A DNA stretch of 64,000 nt from positions 192,636,001 through 192,700,000 of the forward strand of contig NC_058368.1 of assembly GCF_018350175.1 (NCBI RefSeq). The letters are read 5' to 3'. The translations under genes were made by a program, and so were the position numbers. The notes under the pieces are model-generated. The model made no database searches and was not told the DNA's origin. It saw only the letters and a program-made list of their open reading frames with translations. Origin of the DNA: Felis catus (taxonomy: Eukaryota). This document shows, one piece after another, positions 1 through 10,876 of the stretch (position 1 is the first letter of the stretch; each line of letters opens with the position of its first letter).

Positions 1-3000
1 CATCAGATCAACTTGACCCAACCTTGAACTTGGGAACAGTCTGCAATAAAATGAAGGGACTAAAAAGGCACCCCCAAACACCGTGCTTTCCAGGCCATGA
101 CCTTGAGTTTACTTTTGTCCTTCAGTTCAACTGCCTAGCCCAGTAACAGGGGCCGGGAGGCTGGGAATCACAGGGCGTCAGAGCTGTGTCTGTCCGAGTC
201 AGGGCCATCTGAGTGACACAACCCCAGAGGACCACATGAAAGGCAGAAGCCTGACCAACAGATCACAGAGCAAGCCCATTTTGTGAGAACTTAGATTCTA
301 GGGCAACACTATGTCTCCCGCAAGGGCTTCTGAATCACAGTCTTAAGTCATAAGCTAGAACTGTTCTCCCCTCACATTCATTGTGCAAACTCAGCTGACT
401 GCTTTCCTAATCATTTCACACGACCTTGAGCAGCTCAGCATGGTGGTTCACAGCCCCGAAGAGATGGCCTTGGGAACCTCTCTGCTCAGTGGCCAGGTCT
501 CAAGAATCTGAAGGCAGTTACATTAGACAGGATTTGAGTCCTGTGCAAGTCAGAGAGTGAGCAGAGCTCTGGACAGGTCAGGAGGATGAGATGTTAGTCC
601 AGATAGTGCCATGTGACTTGGGCAAGTTGATCTGAATTTTAGTCTCCTGTCTTTAAAATGAATGAGGGCGCACCAGCAACCTTAAAGGACTTTCCAGATT
701 GAAAGTATGGCACTTCTAGGACACAGAGACATGTGGTGTACCCCTCCCCTCAAGGTATCCTAAGCTTCGTTTGCTCAATAAAAACGTGTGAAGAACTTGC
801 AGAAATTTTAAGGTACAAGCCCTCAGTAGCCGTGGAACCTTTACACTCCACAGGGAGCAGTGTTTTACAATCTTCTAGCTAAAACTCTTCCTGAGTGATG
901 TGAGCATCCGTTTTTGTGTGGCAAGCATGGAACCAGGGTCTCACCCCTTCTTAGGTTATTTATCAGGCTGATAGCATCCCTTCCTCTCTTGACCCCTCCG
1001 TTAGCTTCAGCGGCAACGAGTATAACCAGGCTGATGGGGTTTCCGCAACATCCTTCAACAAGGAGCTAAATGGACCAATGCTGAGGGGGAAGGACAGTCA
1101 GCACATCAAAGTGTTCATCTGCCAGCTGCTCCTTTCCAAAAGATGGCTGCTAGGCCATGGGACAGTGCCAGCGATTGGGTCCTTGGCCAAGATGAACAAC
1201 TTGTTCCACATGGCCCCTACTGGGGACAGACTAAGATGGAAATTACAGAGAACATAGAAAAGCCAGAGGTTTACAAAGATAGAGCAGGCTTCCCCAGGAG
1301 GTAGTGAGTTCCCTGTCCTCAGAGATGTTTAAACCCAGACTGCTCAAATCCTTGGTGGGACAGCTGTAGGCAGAATGTCAGCACCTGTGGGAGACCGGAC
1401 TGATGACTTAAAGACCCTTTCCCTACTTTTGGATCTCACCATTATAAGGACTGAGAGCCTTTAGGGGACTTCCATGAAGCAACTTTGCTGGGATCCACGG
1501 TCTGGACAGCCTACTTCAACAGATAAGGGCTCCCGAGTAAGTCCCCTCTCCTACTTTCTCCCTCGTCTACCAGCTGGTTGTCCTGCAGGATATTAACCAA
1601 GAAGTTCCCACAAAATAAGCAGCGGAAATGCCAAGGTTAGATGTGACATTCCAGCTGCAAACAATTATTAATATCTGTTCCCTGGAAGGCTAGCAGTGAA
1701 TATTTAGCTATGTCAGGAACATCTACCAACTTGGCGGCTCTAACACATAAGTGAAATTCCTTGTCATTTTACAATGCCAATCTTGAAGCCTTTGGTTTCA
1801 ATCTTTCATGGGATTCAGCTACGATCTTTTTCACATGCTGTTGCCAACCTAAGAGTGTGTTTGCTGAAATAAGAAGTTTGTCCATTTGTTTTTTTAAAAC
1901 CCTAAATCAGAGCGACAGGAGTGGCAGGATGCTGACATTTCCACGTGACAGCCTTCAGCACATATGAAAGAACCACACCAGGCTGGACCGAGGCAGGCAC
2001 CATACTCTTTAAGAAGACAACGTCCGCTCTGGATTTCACATTCCAGTTTTGCCCAGGAGCACCAAGAGGAGAGAAGGCAATGTTGCAACATTACAGGCAG
2101 AGAGAAGCGCAAGAGTCCTTGGCAGGTGCGTAAAAATGTAGGCAGCCAAGATGAACACTGCTTTCCCCAAACCCCACTCCTTCGGAGGGCCCCGCCATTT
2201 CCCATAGGCAGAAGCCTCCTGCACACAGATCAAGCCATGGGAAACTGCAGAAGAGGCTAAGGCAAGCGGCTTAGTGGTTTGATGAAAGAACAGATTTCTG
2301 CACACATGAGAAACGTCAGTTCAGATAGCTTTGTCTTTTCTCTCATCTGACACGTTTTCAAAGGGTGAAAAGATACCCACGACCTCCATTTTCCAAAAGC
2401 ACCTCTTCCAAGGAGAGGCGGCACAACGTCTGGCCGAAGGTGCGAGTCTCCCTGGGGTTCTGGCTGGAACCAGAGCGCGCTTACCGATACACGTGAACAG
2501 ATGGATCCTAATACCACAGTTTCTTGTACAGAAACGTACTGCTGTCTCTCCCCACTGGGAAACGGACCTGCTGTTCAAGAAACAGTGACAGGATCTACAC
2601 ATCTGCAATTTTCACTTACACATCAGAAAGGTACACTTTCTCGACAAGAGACGGACCTTTCCAGACAGCGGGTTACCAGTGCCTTAACCTCTAGGCCTAT
2701 CTGGCCCCCCAAACTGCAGCCTGATGAGAAAACACTCCCCTTGACAAGGCGAGGGGGGGGGGGCTTGGTGTTTGATGCCTCCAAAGCCTTTCTAACTCAG
2801 CCTCTTAGGAAAAAACCCATACAAGCCACATAACCTTTGAGCCTTCCTGATGTCCACACACCAACATCTTTCAGCTACACGCAGTACGACAATCTCTACA
2901 TACTGAATCTGAATGACTAAAAACACTCAGAGAGTACCTTGACGTGCCATCCATAGCCGGGTGTATTAAAATAAGATCCCCTCATAGTCTAGAGTATGCT

Positions 3001-4705
3001 CTATGTACATTCATTTATACATATTTAAAAAGGCTGTAATCTGCTAGACGTGCATTCTGAACACTGGTGAAAATTTGCTGCAATGGAACACACTGCATTT
3101 TAGTGACAGGGTGGCCTGTCCCCGGTCCACGGAGAGCATGGCCCTCTGCCTCACAGAGCGGAGACCTTCAGAAAGTGCACCACCCTGCTTAGTGGGGTTT
3201 TGTTCTGACTTCTCTGTGCTGATGCCCAGAGTAAGCCATCTGTGGGACATTAAAACTTTCTGCCGGGCCAGGCCATCCACGGCTCCTTTTACAATTTAAG
3301 GCTTAAGAAAGAACTCACAATTGAAACTGAGTAAGAAAGTGATACTTTTGACCACAGTACATGTCAAGACGGTCAGAAATTAGAATCCAAGTCCTTTTCT
3401 TCTCTTTTTCTCCCAGCCCCTATTCACATCCTTTGTCCCCTAATACACTGATTAGAAACTTTTTCAAAAGCATATTTTTGGGTATAAAGCTTTGCTTTCA
3501 AAGGAGACTTTGGCTCTGATATAAGAAGATAGAGGAATCTGAGGTTTTGAACATTAAAAAAACTCAGGTAATTATTCATACTTTAAAAAAAAATCATTTT
3601 AGCAATCTTTTCCCCTAAAAGGGAGGCAAACTGCTCAGAAAAATGAACAATGGCACTGACCTTTGCGAATAGCTCAAACTCATGATTTGCTGGTGACCCC
3701 GAGCCCAGGGAGTCAAGGCTAGTCAGACTTTTTGTCCCAGAACTGGACTTATGAGCAGGAATTACATGATCCTTGGCAGCTTTCTTGGTGGTTGTGAACT
3801 AAGGATTCGTACTTCTGAAAACACAGGCCCCAGATCACTAAATATCTCCATCTGTCAAAGCATTTATGGCCTAGAATGACTGAAGTCATAATTCGTAACT
3901 TCACCCCAAAAAGTAAAGCACAGATGGTGTGCAGAGGGCTGCGTCTCCTGTGAGGGTCTCTGCATCAGTGTTTCTGGAACCTCCATGAACAAAGCTTGGC
4001 ACATGCGCTTGCCCTCAAATCCTCTTGTGATGAGAAACCTCCTGCTGGTGCATCAGGACTTCCTCCGTACTCTAGAAGTTAAGTGGTGAGCAACAGAAAT
4101 AGCAGGGGTCTCATTACCTAGAGGTGTGAAGCAGATGTTACGAGGCTGGCACGGTCAGTGACAGTGCAACTAGCCAACAGATACTGTTCGAGTGCCTACC
4201 GTGTGCAAGGCAAGGCATGGGGCCAGTGAGGAGGACCGCTGTCAAACTGATGTGCTGCTAAACGACAAAGCTCACAACAAAGCGGGGGCACGTCTGTCTG
4301 TTCCCGGCAGACCCGGGTCTACCGCTCCTCAAGCTGGCTGGGCCTCACTGCTGTCCCAGTGCCACCTCTCACACAAGGCAGAGTGGTATTACAAGGTGAG
4401 TACCGAAATATTTTTTATCCCACACTTCCAGTAGAATTGGCTTAGTGCTTTGTTAAATGCTACAATACATAGTCTCTCAATCTCATTATGGTCTTTTTTT
4501 TCAGTCCAGCAGTTGCCTTAAAAGAAAGTCTTTGTATAACATGCTGACTCATGAGAATATGATTCTCCTGACCGAAAAGATTTACAGTATTCATCATTCA
4601 AACTTCTTTATTTACAATAAAATTTAACAGTCTTTATGGGCCTAAACGTGGCAGATATCACCTGTGCATTAAGCATCATACTTTGCTCCTTGATGCACTT
4701 CTTCC
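1..4705 (-). other. SAP30L: SAP30L 3' UTR / downstream region (3' end not determinable; a long UTR may run to or past the window edge)
   Basis: Follows the stop codon. AATAAA on the minus strand at 4612-4607. Mostly repeat-poor. Long extent is inferred from recall of the long human SAP30L 3' UTR. Confidence 0.5.
4607..4612 (-). terminator. Candidate proximal poly(A) signal AATAAA of SAP30L
   Basis: Plus-strand TTTATT, ~94 nt after the stop; UGUA immediately upstream on the mRNA. Confidence 0.5.
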
Positions 4706-4834
4706 TCACTCAAGCTGCTTGCCGCCCTCCGATTTCTGGTCCAGTCTACTCTTGTTACTCTTCACCATGTAGATGAAGTAGGCGAGGGTCTCTTTTTCAT
4801 TCACAGGTATGTTCCTGAAGTGTCGGCTGACAGT
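4706..4834 (-). CDS. SAP30L: SAP30L coding exon 4 (aa 141-182 + stop)
   Basis: Acceptor tttttcccccatgtag|ACT. Translates TVSRHFRNIPVNEKETLAYFIYMVKSNKSRLDQKSEGGKQLE, then TGA at 4708-4706. The four exons total 549 nt. Confidence 0.97.
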   Translation of the reverse strand, partial: TVSRHFRNIPVNEKETLAYFIYMVKSNKSRLDQKSEGGKQLE

Positions 4835-5239
4835 CTACATGGGGGAAAAAAACCAGAGTCCATTAAAGCATGCATAAATCAGGGCCACAAAATCTGAACT
4901 GTGCCATAGAGGGAGTAGGACTTAGCTTCCAGAGCTAGGGAGAGGATTACGATCACTGCAGAACTTCCTGCAGTGCTATAGAGCTCAGAATGCCCTTCTT
5001 CTCCAGGGGTCTGCGGGATTTGGTTTCCAGGCCTCCAAAAGCAGCCCTTTAACCCCCACAACACTCCCAAAGTGCAGTTCTATTTCAGTGGCAGCCAACT
5101 GTCCATCATGGCAAAAAGTCAAGGTCATCCCCATGGAGGAACAGGTTGGGACTGCTCTGCTTGGCCAGCTGCTACCATCTCCAGCTCTCAGGCCCTGGGA
5201 CTGGGCAGAAAAGTGTCTTTTTAAAATTGTGTCAAATGA

Positions 5240-5440
5240 GGGGCGCCTGGGTGGCTGGGTTGGTTGATTTTGGCTCAGGTCGTGACCTCACGATTCTTGA
5301 GTTCAAGCCCTACATCGGGCTCCCTGCTGACAGTGTGGGGCCTGCTTGGGATTCTGTCTCTCCCTCTCTCTTTGCTCCTCCCCTGTTCATGCGAATGCAC
5401 GCTCTCTCTCTCTCAAAATAAACAAACATTAAGAATAAAG
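5240..5440 (+). mobile_element. Can-SINE in SAP30L intron 3 (antisense to the gene)
   Basis: GGGGCGCCTGGGTGGCT head, (CT)n, A-rich tail. Perfect 18-bp TSD TAAAATTGTGTCAAATGA at 5222-5239 and 5441-5458. Confidence 0.95.
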
Positions 5441-6615
5441 TAAAATTGTGTCAAATGAATAGCCAGTTGTTCAGATGTAAGTGTTTGACCCAAGAATTCA
5501 CCTAAATAGAACTGCCTCTTGAAAGACACATCACATTTGAAGAATAATCTGTCATTCACTATGCACTCCTGACATTTGGCTTTATTTTATAAGTCCTGAG
5601 AATGCAGGTCTCCTCTTGCCCCACCTCATCCCATCCCTTTCACCAGGGTGAATGCTGGAAATGGGTAACATTACCTTAAAGGGGTAAGTCTTGGGCACTA
5701 TGTTTTATCTAGATGCTGAAGAAGTTTAAAGTAAAAATGATAGATCAGCAAGAAACCCCTATAGAAAAGATCAAAAACCTATGGGGCTGTGAACTTTTAA
5801 GGAAATTTCTGATTGGATTGAGGGGGCTAGGACTGATGAAAAAAAAAAAAATCAGAGAACTAGCACTAAAGAGTGGTCATCTATGGATGGTAGAATTATA
5901 TTTTTCTTTTTTTCATTTTCCCAATTTTCTACAATGGGCAGAAAAGCACATTACGAAAAGCGTGATGAGAGGTCCTCACACAAATGCCAATCGGACAGAA
6001 GTATCAAGCCAGGCTGTCAATATTTTAAAACAATGGCCAACAGACCATTCTCTGCCCCCTCCTCCAAATTGTATTCAGAGCTCAGGATAGGAGAAAAATT
6101 TCTTGGGTTCCATTCATTAGAATAAATGCTTCCATTACCAACATCAGAGTAGAAGAAATCAAGGGAAAAAAAAAAAAAACTAAAGAAAAAAAATAGCTCC
6201 TAAAGAACATGAGCAAAGGTTTTGGGGTGATTAATCTGACACACCTGATGTGCAGAAAGGACCATATCTATAAAGAATCTTACAAAACAAGATTCAAACA
6301 AATGAACAAACAAAAGCACACTCAGGACTTAGGATCAGGAGTCTTGAGATTCCAGGCTCAATTCTGCCATGAACTTGCTGTGTGATTTTAAATAAGTCAT
6401 TTCCTCTCTCTGTGCCATGGTTTCTGTGATAGAAACTGGGCCTTTCCAGGTAAAGCTGTGGGATTCTGGATTGTACAAAAGAGGGACTAGGAAGTTGTTT
6501 CCAGAGCTGTGGAGGGCATTATGATCAACAGACACACATAGCGGTAGGGGGAACCAAGGTCACCGACAGAAGCACACTTCTGGCTTTCTTTTTACAGTGC
6601 AATTTGTCCACTTAC

Positions 6616-6714
6616 TTCTGCTAACTGGGCCTTATTGAAGCCTGGTCTGGTCTGCAATTTGTAGTGTCGTTTATAACGCCGTAGAGTGTTCACCTGCAGC
6701 TGGAACAGGTCAAC
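6616..6714 (-). CDS. SAP30L: SAP30L coding exon 3 (aa 108-140); start of the Sin3-interaction domain
   Basis: Acceptor ttctctccag|GTT, donor GAA|GTAAGT. 99 nt. Translates [33 protein letters not shown]. Confidence 0.97.
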
Positions 6715-8192
6715 CTGGAGAGAAGAGGAGAAACACATTATCCATCACCTGATTAGGCATGACTAACCAGGAGTGCACTATGTGCCCAGCACTACTCTAG
6801 GAGGGGCAGGGGTGAAGAGAACTACAGAAAAATCTTAGAAATGATCCACTGAGGACTAATAACTTGCTGGGAGGACAAAAAACAAAACAAAACAAAACAA
6901 AACCAAAAAACAGTGGAAACACAGTTCTGGCTGGGAAGGGGTGGTCTCAGGGGGCTCACAGAGGCAGTGAAACTGAAGCAAAGGAGAGCAGGGTTTAGAA
7001 AGATGGTAAGGACGGGGCTAGTGTAGGGAATGAGAGAGAATACCACGAGTACAGAGAGTCATGAGAGGAAGTCATGAGAGGAAGAGGGGTCATAGGCATT
7101 AGTGACAGGTTTAAAAGGTGGGACTGGAGGGCAGCAGGTCTCGAAAAGCAGGAGCTACCATAGGTAGTAGAGGGTGATGTTCCAGAGAGATGTGTCTAGT
7201 GGGGGCTTGTAGGGAAGACTGGTGGGGGGTGCGGGGGGTGATGCTGTAGCAGGGATCAGAAATGAGATACTCGAATTGAGCTTTGGAGGCTCATGATACT
7301 AGAGGGGGACACTAAGCATGGACAGCAAAGGTAAACCCAGACAGGCATCCTGGAGGACGACAGGCCACAGCTTGGCAGCAGACTGGATGGGGGGCATGAA
7401 AAAGGACAGTGGGAAATACTGCTGTTCTCAAAGAGTCCTTCCCTAGGCTGAGCCTTCAGGTATCAGAACCCCCAACAACTCTTCAGGGAAAACTGAAAAG
7501 CTACTGTAGCTAATGTACAAATCAGCAGGTTAGGTTGGGGTCTCTGCAGGCGGCTGGATGACAGAGGGAAGGGACCCCCCCTTTTTTTTCTAACACAGGA
7601 AGAGAGGAAAGCTTCACAGTCATGAGATATTGAAGGCCCAGAAAGCTGGGCTGCTTTTACCTGCCTCTAAAAGAGATGTTCTTGCTTCGGGCAGGTGGAG
7701 AGCACTTAAAAACAAAATGAATGATCAATATGAGGGACCAAAGTCCTTCATTCTTTTCAAAACATTCCTCAAACCTTTTTTTTTTTTTGTAAAAAGCATT
7801 GAAATTGAATACATCCATTTCTTTATAAAATAATAATACTAACGCTAAAGGCGACAGAAAAATAGTATAAACCAATGCTAGAAAAAGGGACACCGAGAGG
7901 GGCAGGGGAAAGGACCATATTTCCAAAGGGTTTCTCCACATCTGCAGACAAAGGCCCGCCTACTCTTTCTATTCCTACGCAGTCATTTCCACTCTGAGTG
8001 CTAACAGGCAGTTGCCTTATGAAATATTCATGTGTCAAATATTCAACGTACATTACCAACGGTTCTTCTTCTGCTGAGTCTTAAGTGAAAACAACTTAGA
8101 TAGAAAGAAAAGCCAATACTGCTTCCTGCAGGCTTGCGCAGGAGGCACTGGCACCTTGAAGGTTTGAGAAGTCTCAGTCTCATCGTCTAGTG

Positions 8193-8423
8193 CAATGGTT
8201 CTCCACGAGGGATGCTTTTGCCCACCCCCAGCCCGACCCCCACCCCACCAGAGGACACCTGCTAATGTCTGAAGACATTTTTTGATTGTCACTACTGCGG
8301 CGACTGGCATCTAATGGGTAGAATCTGGGGATGCGGCTAAACATCCAATGATGTCAGGGACAGCCCTGACAGCAAAGGCTTATCTGGCCCCCAATGTCAG
8401 CAGTGCCAGGGGTGAGAAACCTT
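8193..8423 (+). mobile_element. MER20 (hAT-Charlie) DNA transposon
   Basis: caatggttctc...gacattttttgattgtcac...ctggcatctaatgggtaga...cagtgccaggggtgagaaacc matches the recalled MER20 consensus. Confidence 0.8.
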
Positions 8424-8961
8424 ATAGCTGACTTTGGAATGGCTCCTTGGGAACAAGCCTGGACCAGGGATCAGAGCGACGGAAATCAGAGCTGGTATGC
8501 ATTGACAATGTCCACCTTCATTTTGCAGACGAGAAAACAGAGGGCAAGTGACTTCCCTCAATCCATATAGGCTCAGTCTCCACCTCTGAAGGCAAAAAAA
8601 AGTTTAAAAAAACTTGCCATTGTGGTTGTAGTTAAGAATTTATCAGGGGTTTCTTGAAGAAAGGCAGTATGGCCTACAGGAAAGGACACTGGACCAGAGC
8701 CCCCTAACTCTGTGTGTGACCTCGGGTCTCTGTGCCTGTCTGTGAAATGATGGGTCAGTGAGACTAGTTGATTTCTAAGTTTTCAGCTCTCAGATTTGAT
8801 ATTACCATGACTCTCTCTCTGATTCACTTTTCAAACAAACCACAGCAAAACAAAGGGGACTAAAATTATTTCTGAATACAACCAGTAGACCAGGCCAGAG
8901 ATAACGATCACATTAGAATCCATTCTCCCAGCTTTCTCAAGCTGATCCTTTTGACCTTTAC

Positions 8962-9084
8962 CTCAGGAATGTCAGTGTCGTGCTCAGGAGAATCTCCGCC
9001 ATCGTCACTTGTCTTCCTCTTCCTTTTATTTCGTACACTCTGGATGAAATTTTTGTGGAAGTCGCAGATATACAGGTGCCTTAC
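8962..9084 (-). CDS. SAP30L: SAP30L coding exon 2 (aa 67-107); C-terminal zinc-finger ligands (CDFH), basic NLS KRKRK, acidic region
   Basis: Acceptor ttcccatcag|GTAAGG, donor GAG|GTAAAG. 123 nt. Translates [41 protein letters not shown] in frame with exon 1. Confidence 0.97.
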
Positions 9085-10153
9085 CTGATGGGAAGCAAAT
9101 TAAAGTGAGAGTTGCCGATTCCATGGAAACAGCAACAGGTATCTACCAAATTATGGGGTTCTCGCCACTGCAAGGCACTGAAGAGACAGAAGGAAGAATA
9201 AGACGTAGGCCCTAATTTCTAGAGGTTTTATGTTGGGTTGCAGAAGAAAAAACCCACAAAGAGACACGGACATTACTATCACACTGGGCGGCAGATCATA
9301 AACTAAGTCCTCACTGAAGGCTAGAGACGATAGATGGTACGGATTCAGCCACGGAAGACATGCCTGTGGCTGGGACAGTCAGTGCAGAGGTCCCTGACTA
9401 CAAGGGAGGATTTAGAGGTAGATAGGAAGCATTCCAGATGGGAAGAAGAGCCAAGACTTAGAGTCTCAAACACGGCTGACAAGAAGGCGTGAGGGAGGCA
9501 GCCCAGGGTAGACAGTGTCAGTGAGGTGGAGATAACGGCCCACACGGGAGCACAATGAGAGTTCGGGGGTGGGGGCTACGAGAACAGCTTAGACTTTCCT
9601 TAAGACAGAGTCCCCCAAGGTTTTGGAAGCAGGGAGCGATGTGACATTTTCAGACCTGTAGGAGTTATGAATTTACAATGGGCTGGAAGGCACTGTCTCA
9701 GGAAGGAGGAGAGGAGGAAGGATGGGGCTGTGGCGACGGCAGACAGGACTTCCTATTTTCACATGGACAACAGCTACTACTGAAGGATGACGTCTCTGAA
9801 AAACTTGATTTCTGTGTATCAGAATTATACTTCTTGCATCAGCACAACTCTGGTCCACAAAGAGAAGTGGAAAGGTGCAGAGATTCTCATTCTCCCAGAA
9901 GCCACATGGAAGAAGGTGGATGCTACCGCTGATTTTCGAATGCAGGCTGGAGGCATAATAGTAAGTGAAGGCAGCAACAGCAGCTAAGTAGTAACGTGTT
10001 TTTACTGAAGAATGTAAGTGCCAGGGTTGGCTGGAGGAGACACTCAAAAACCTAACAAACTAAATGCCTGTGTAAATGACCTGGGGTTGTTGACACTGAG
10101 GCAGATGTCACACAAATGTTCTTGAGGGACTTCTGAATTTGAGTTTATTCCTT

Positions 10154-10264
10154 CTTTTTTTTTTCTCTTTCTTTTAAGTAGGCTCGGTGCCAGCATAGGG
10201 CTTGAACTCACAACCCTGAGATTGAGAGTTGCATGTTCTACCAAATGAGCCAGCCAGGAACCTC
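10154..10264 (-). mobile_element. Short/old-type Can-SINE (first of a tandem triplet)
   Basis: gggcttgaactcacaaccctgagattgagagttgcatgttctacc...gagccagccagg with T-rich tail on the plus strand. Confidence 0.85.
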
Positions 10265-10280
10265 TGTTCCTTAAATTCTT

Positions 10281-10514
10281 TTTTTTTTTTTATTTTTGAT
10301 TTTTTTAAATGTTTATTTATTATTTTTAAAAATTTATTTGTTCTTATTTTATTTTTGAGGGAGGGGCGGAGGGACACAGAGAGAGAATCCTAAGCAGGCT
10401 CTGCACTGTCAGCACAGAACCCGATTTGGGGCTCGAACTCACGAACTGTGAGATCATGACCTGAGCCGAAATCAAAAGTCAGATGCTTAACTGACTGAGC
10501 AACCCAGGCACTCC
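10281..10514 (-). mobile_element. Can-SINE (second of triplet)
   Basis: gagatcatgacctgagccgaaatcaaaagtcagatgcttaactgactgagcaacccaggcactcc plus T-rich tail. Confidence 0.92.
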
Positions 10515-10517
10515 TAA

Positions 10518-10530
10518 TTCATTCATTCAT

Positions 10531-10606
<76 letters not shown>

Positions 10607-10620
10607 TTTTTCTTTTCTTT

Positions 10621-10684
<64 letters not shown>

Positions 10685-10686
10685 TT
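10518..10686. repeat. (TTCA)n/(TTTC)n tetranucleotide microsatellite, an expanded SINE tail
   Basis: Directly visible, with one internal interruption at ~10606-10616. Confidence 0.97.
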
Positions 10687-10876
10687 TAATTTTTAAGCTT
10701 ACTTACTTATTTTGAGAGAGCGAGAGTGAGCATGAGCAGGGGAGGGGCAGAGAAGAGAGGGAGAGAGAAAATCCCCAGCAGGCCCGACGCAGGGCTGGAA
10801 CTCATGAACCATGAGATCATGACCTGAGCCGAAATCAAAAGTTGGACGCTCAACAGACTGAGCCACCCAGTCGCCC
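10687..10876 (-). mobile_element. Can-SINE (third of triplet)
   Basis: gagatcatgacctgagccgaaatcaaaagttggacgctcaacagactgagccacccagtcgccc. Confidence 0.92.

Noticed and set aside
5240..5330. tRNA-like A/B box sequences in SINE heads (here and elsewhere)
   Set aside because: Can-SINEs are tRNA-derived; these have (CT)n bodies, A tails and TSDs, so they are not tRNA genes.
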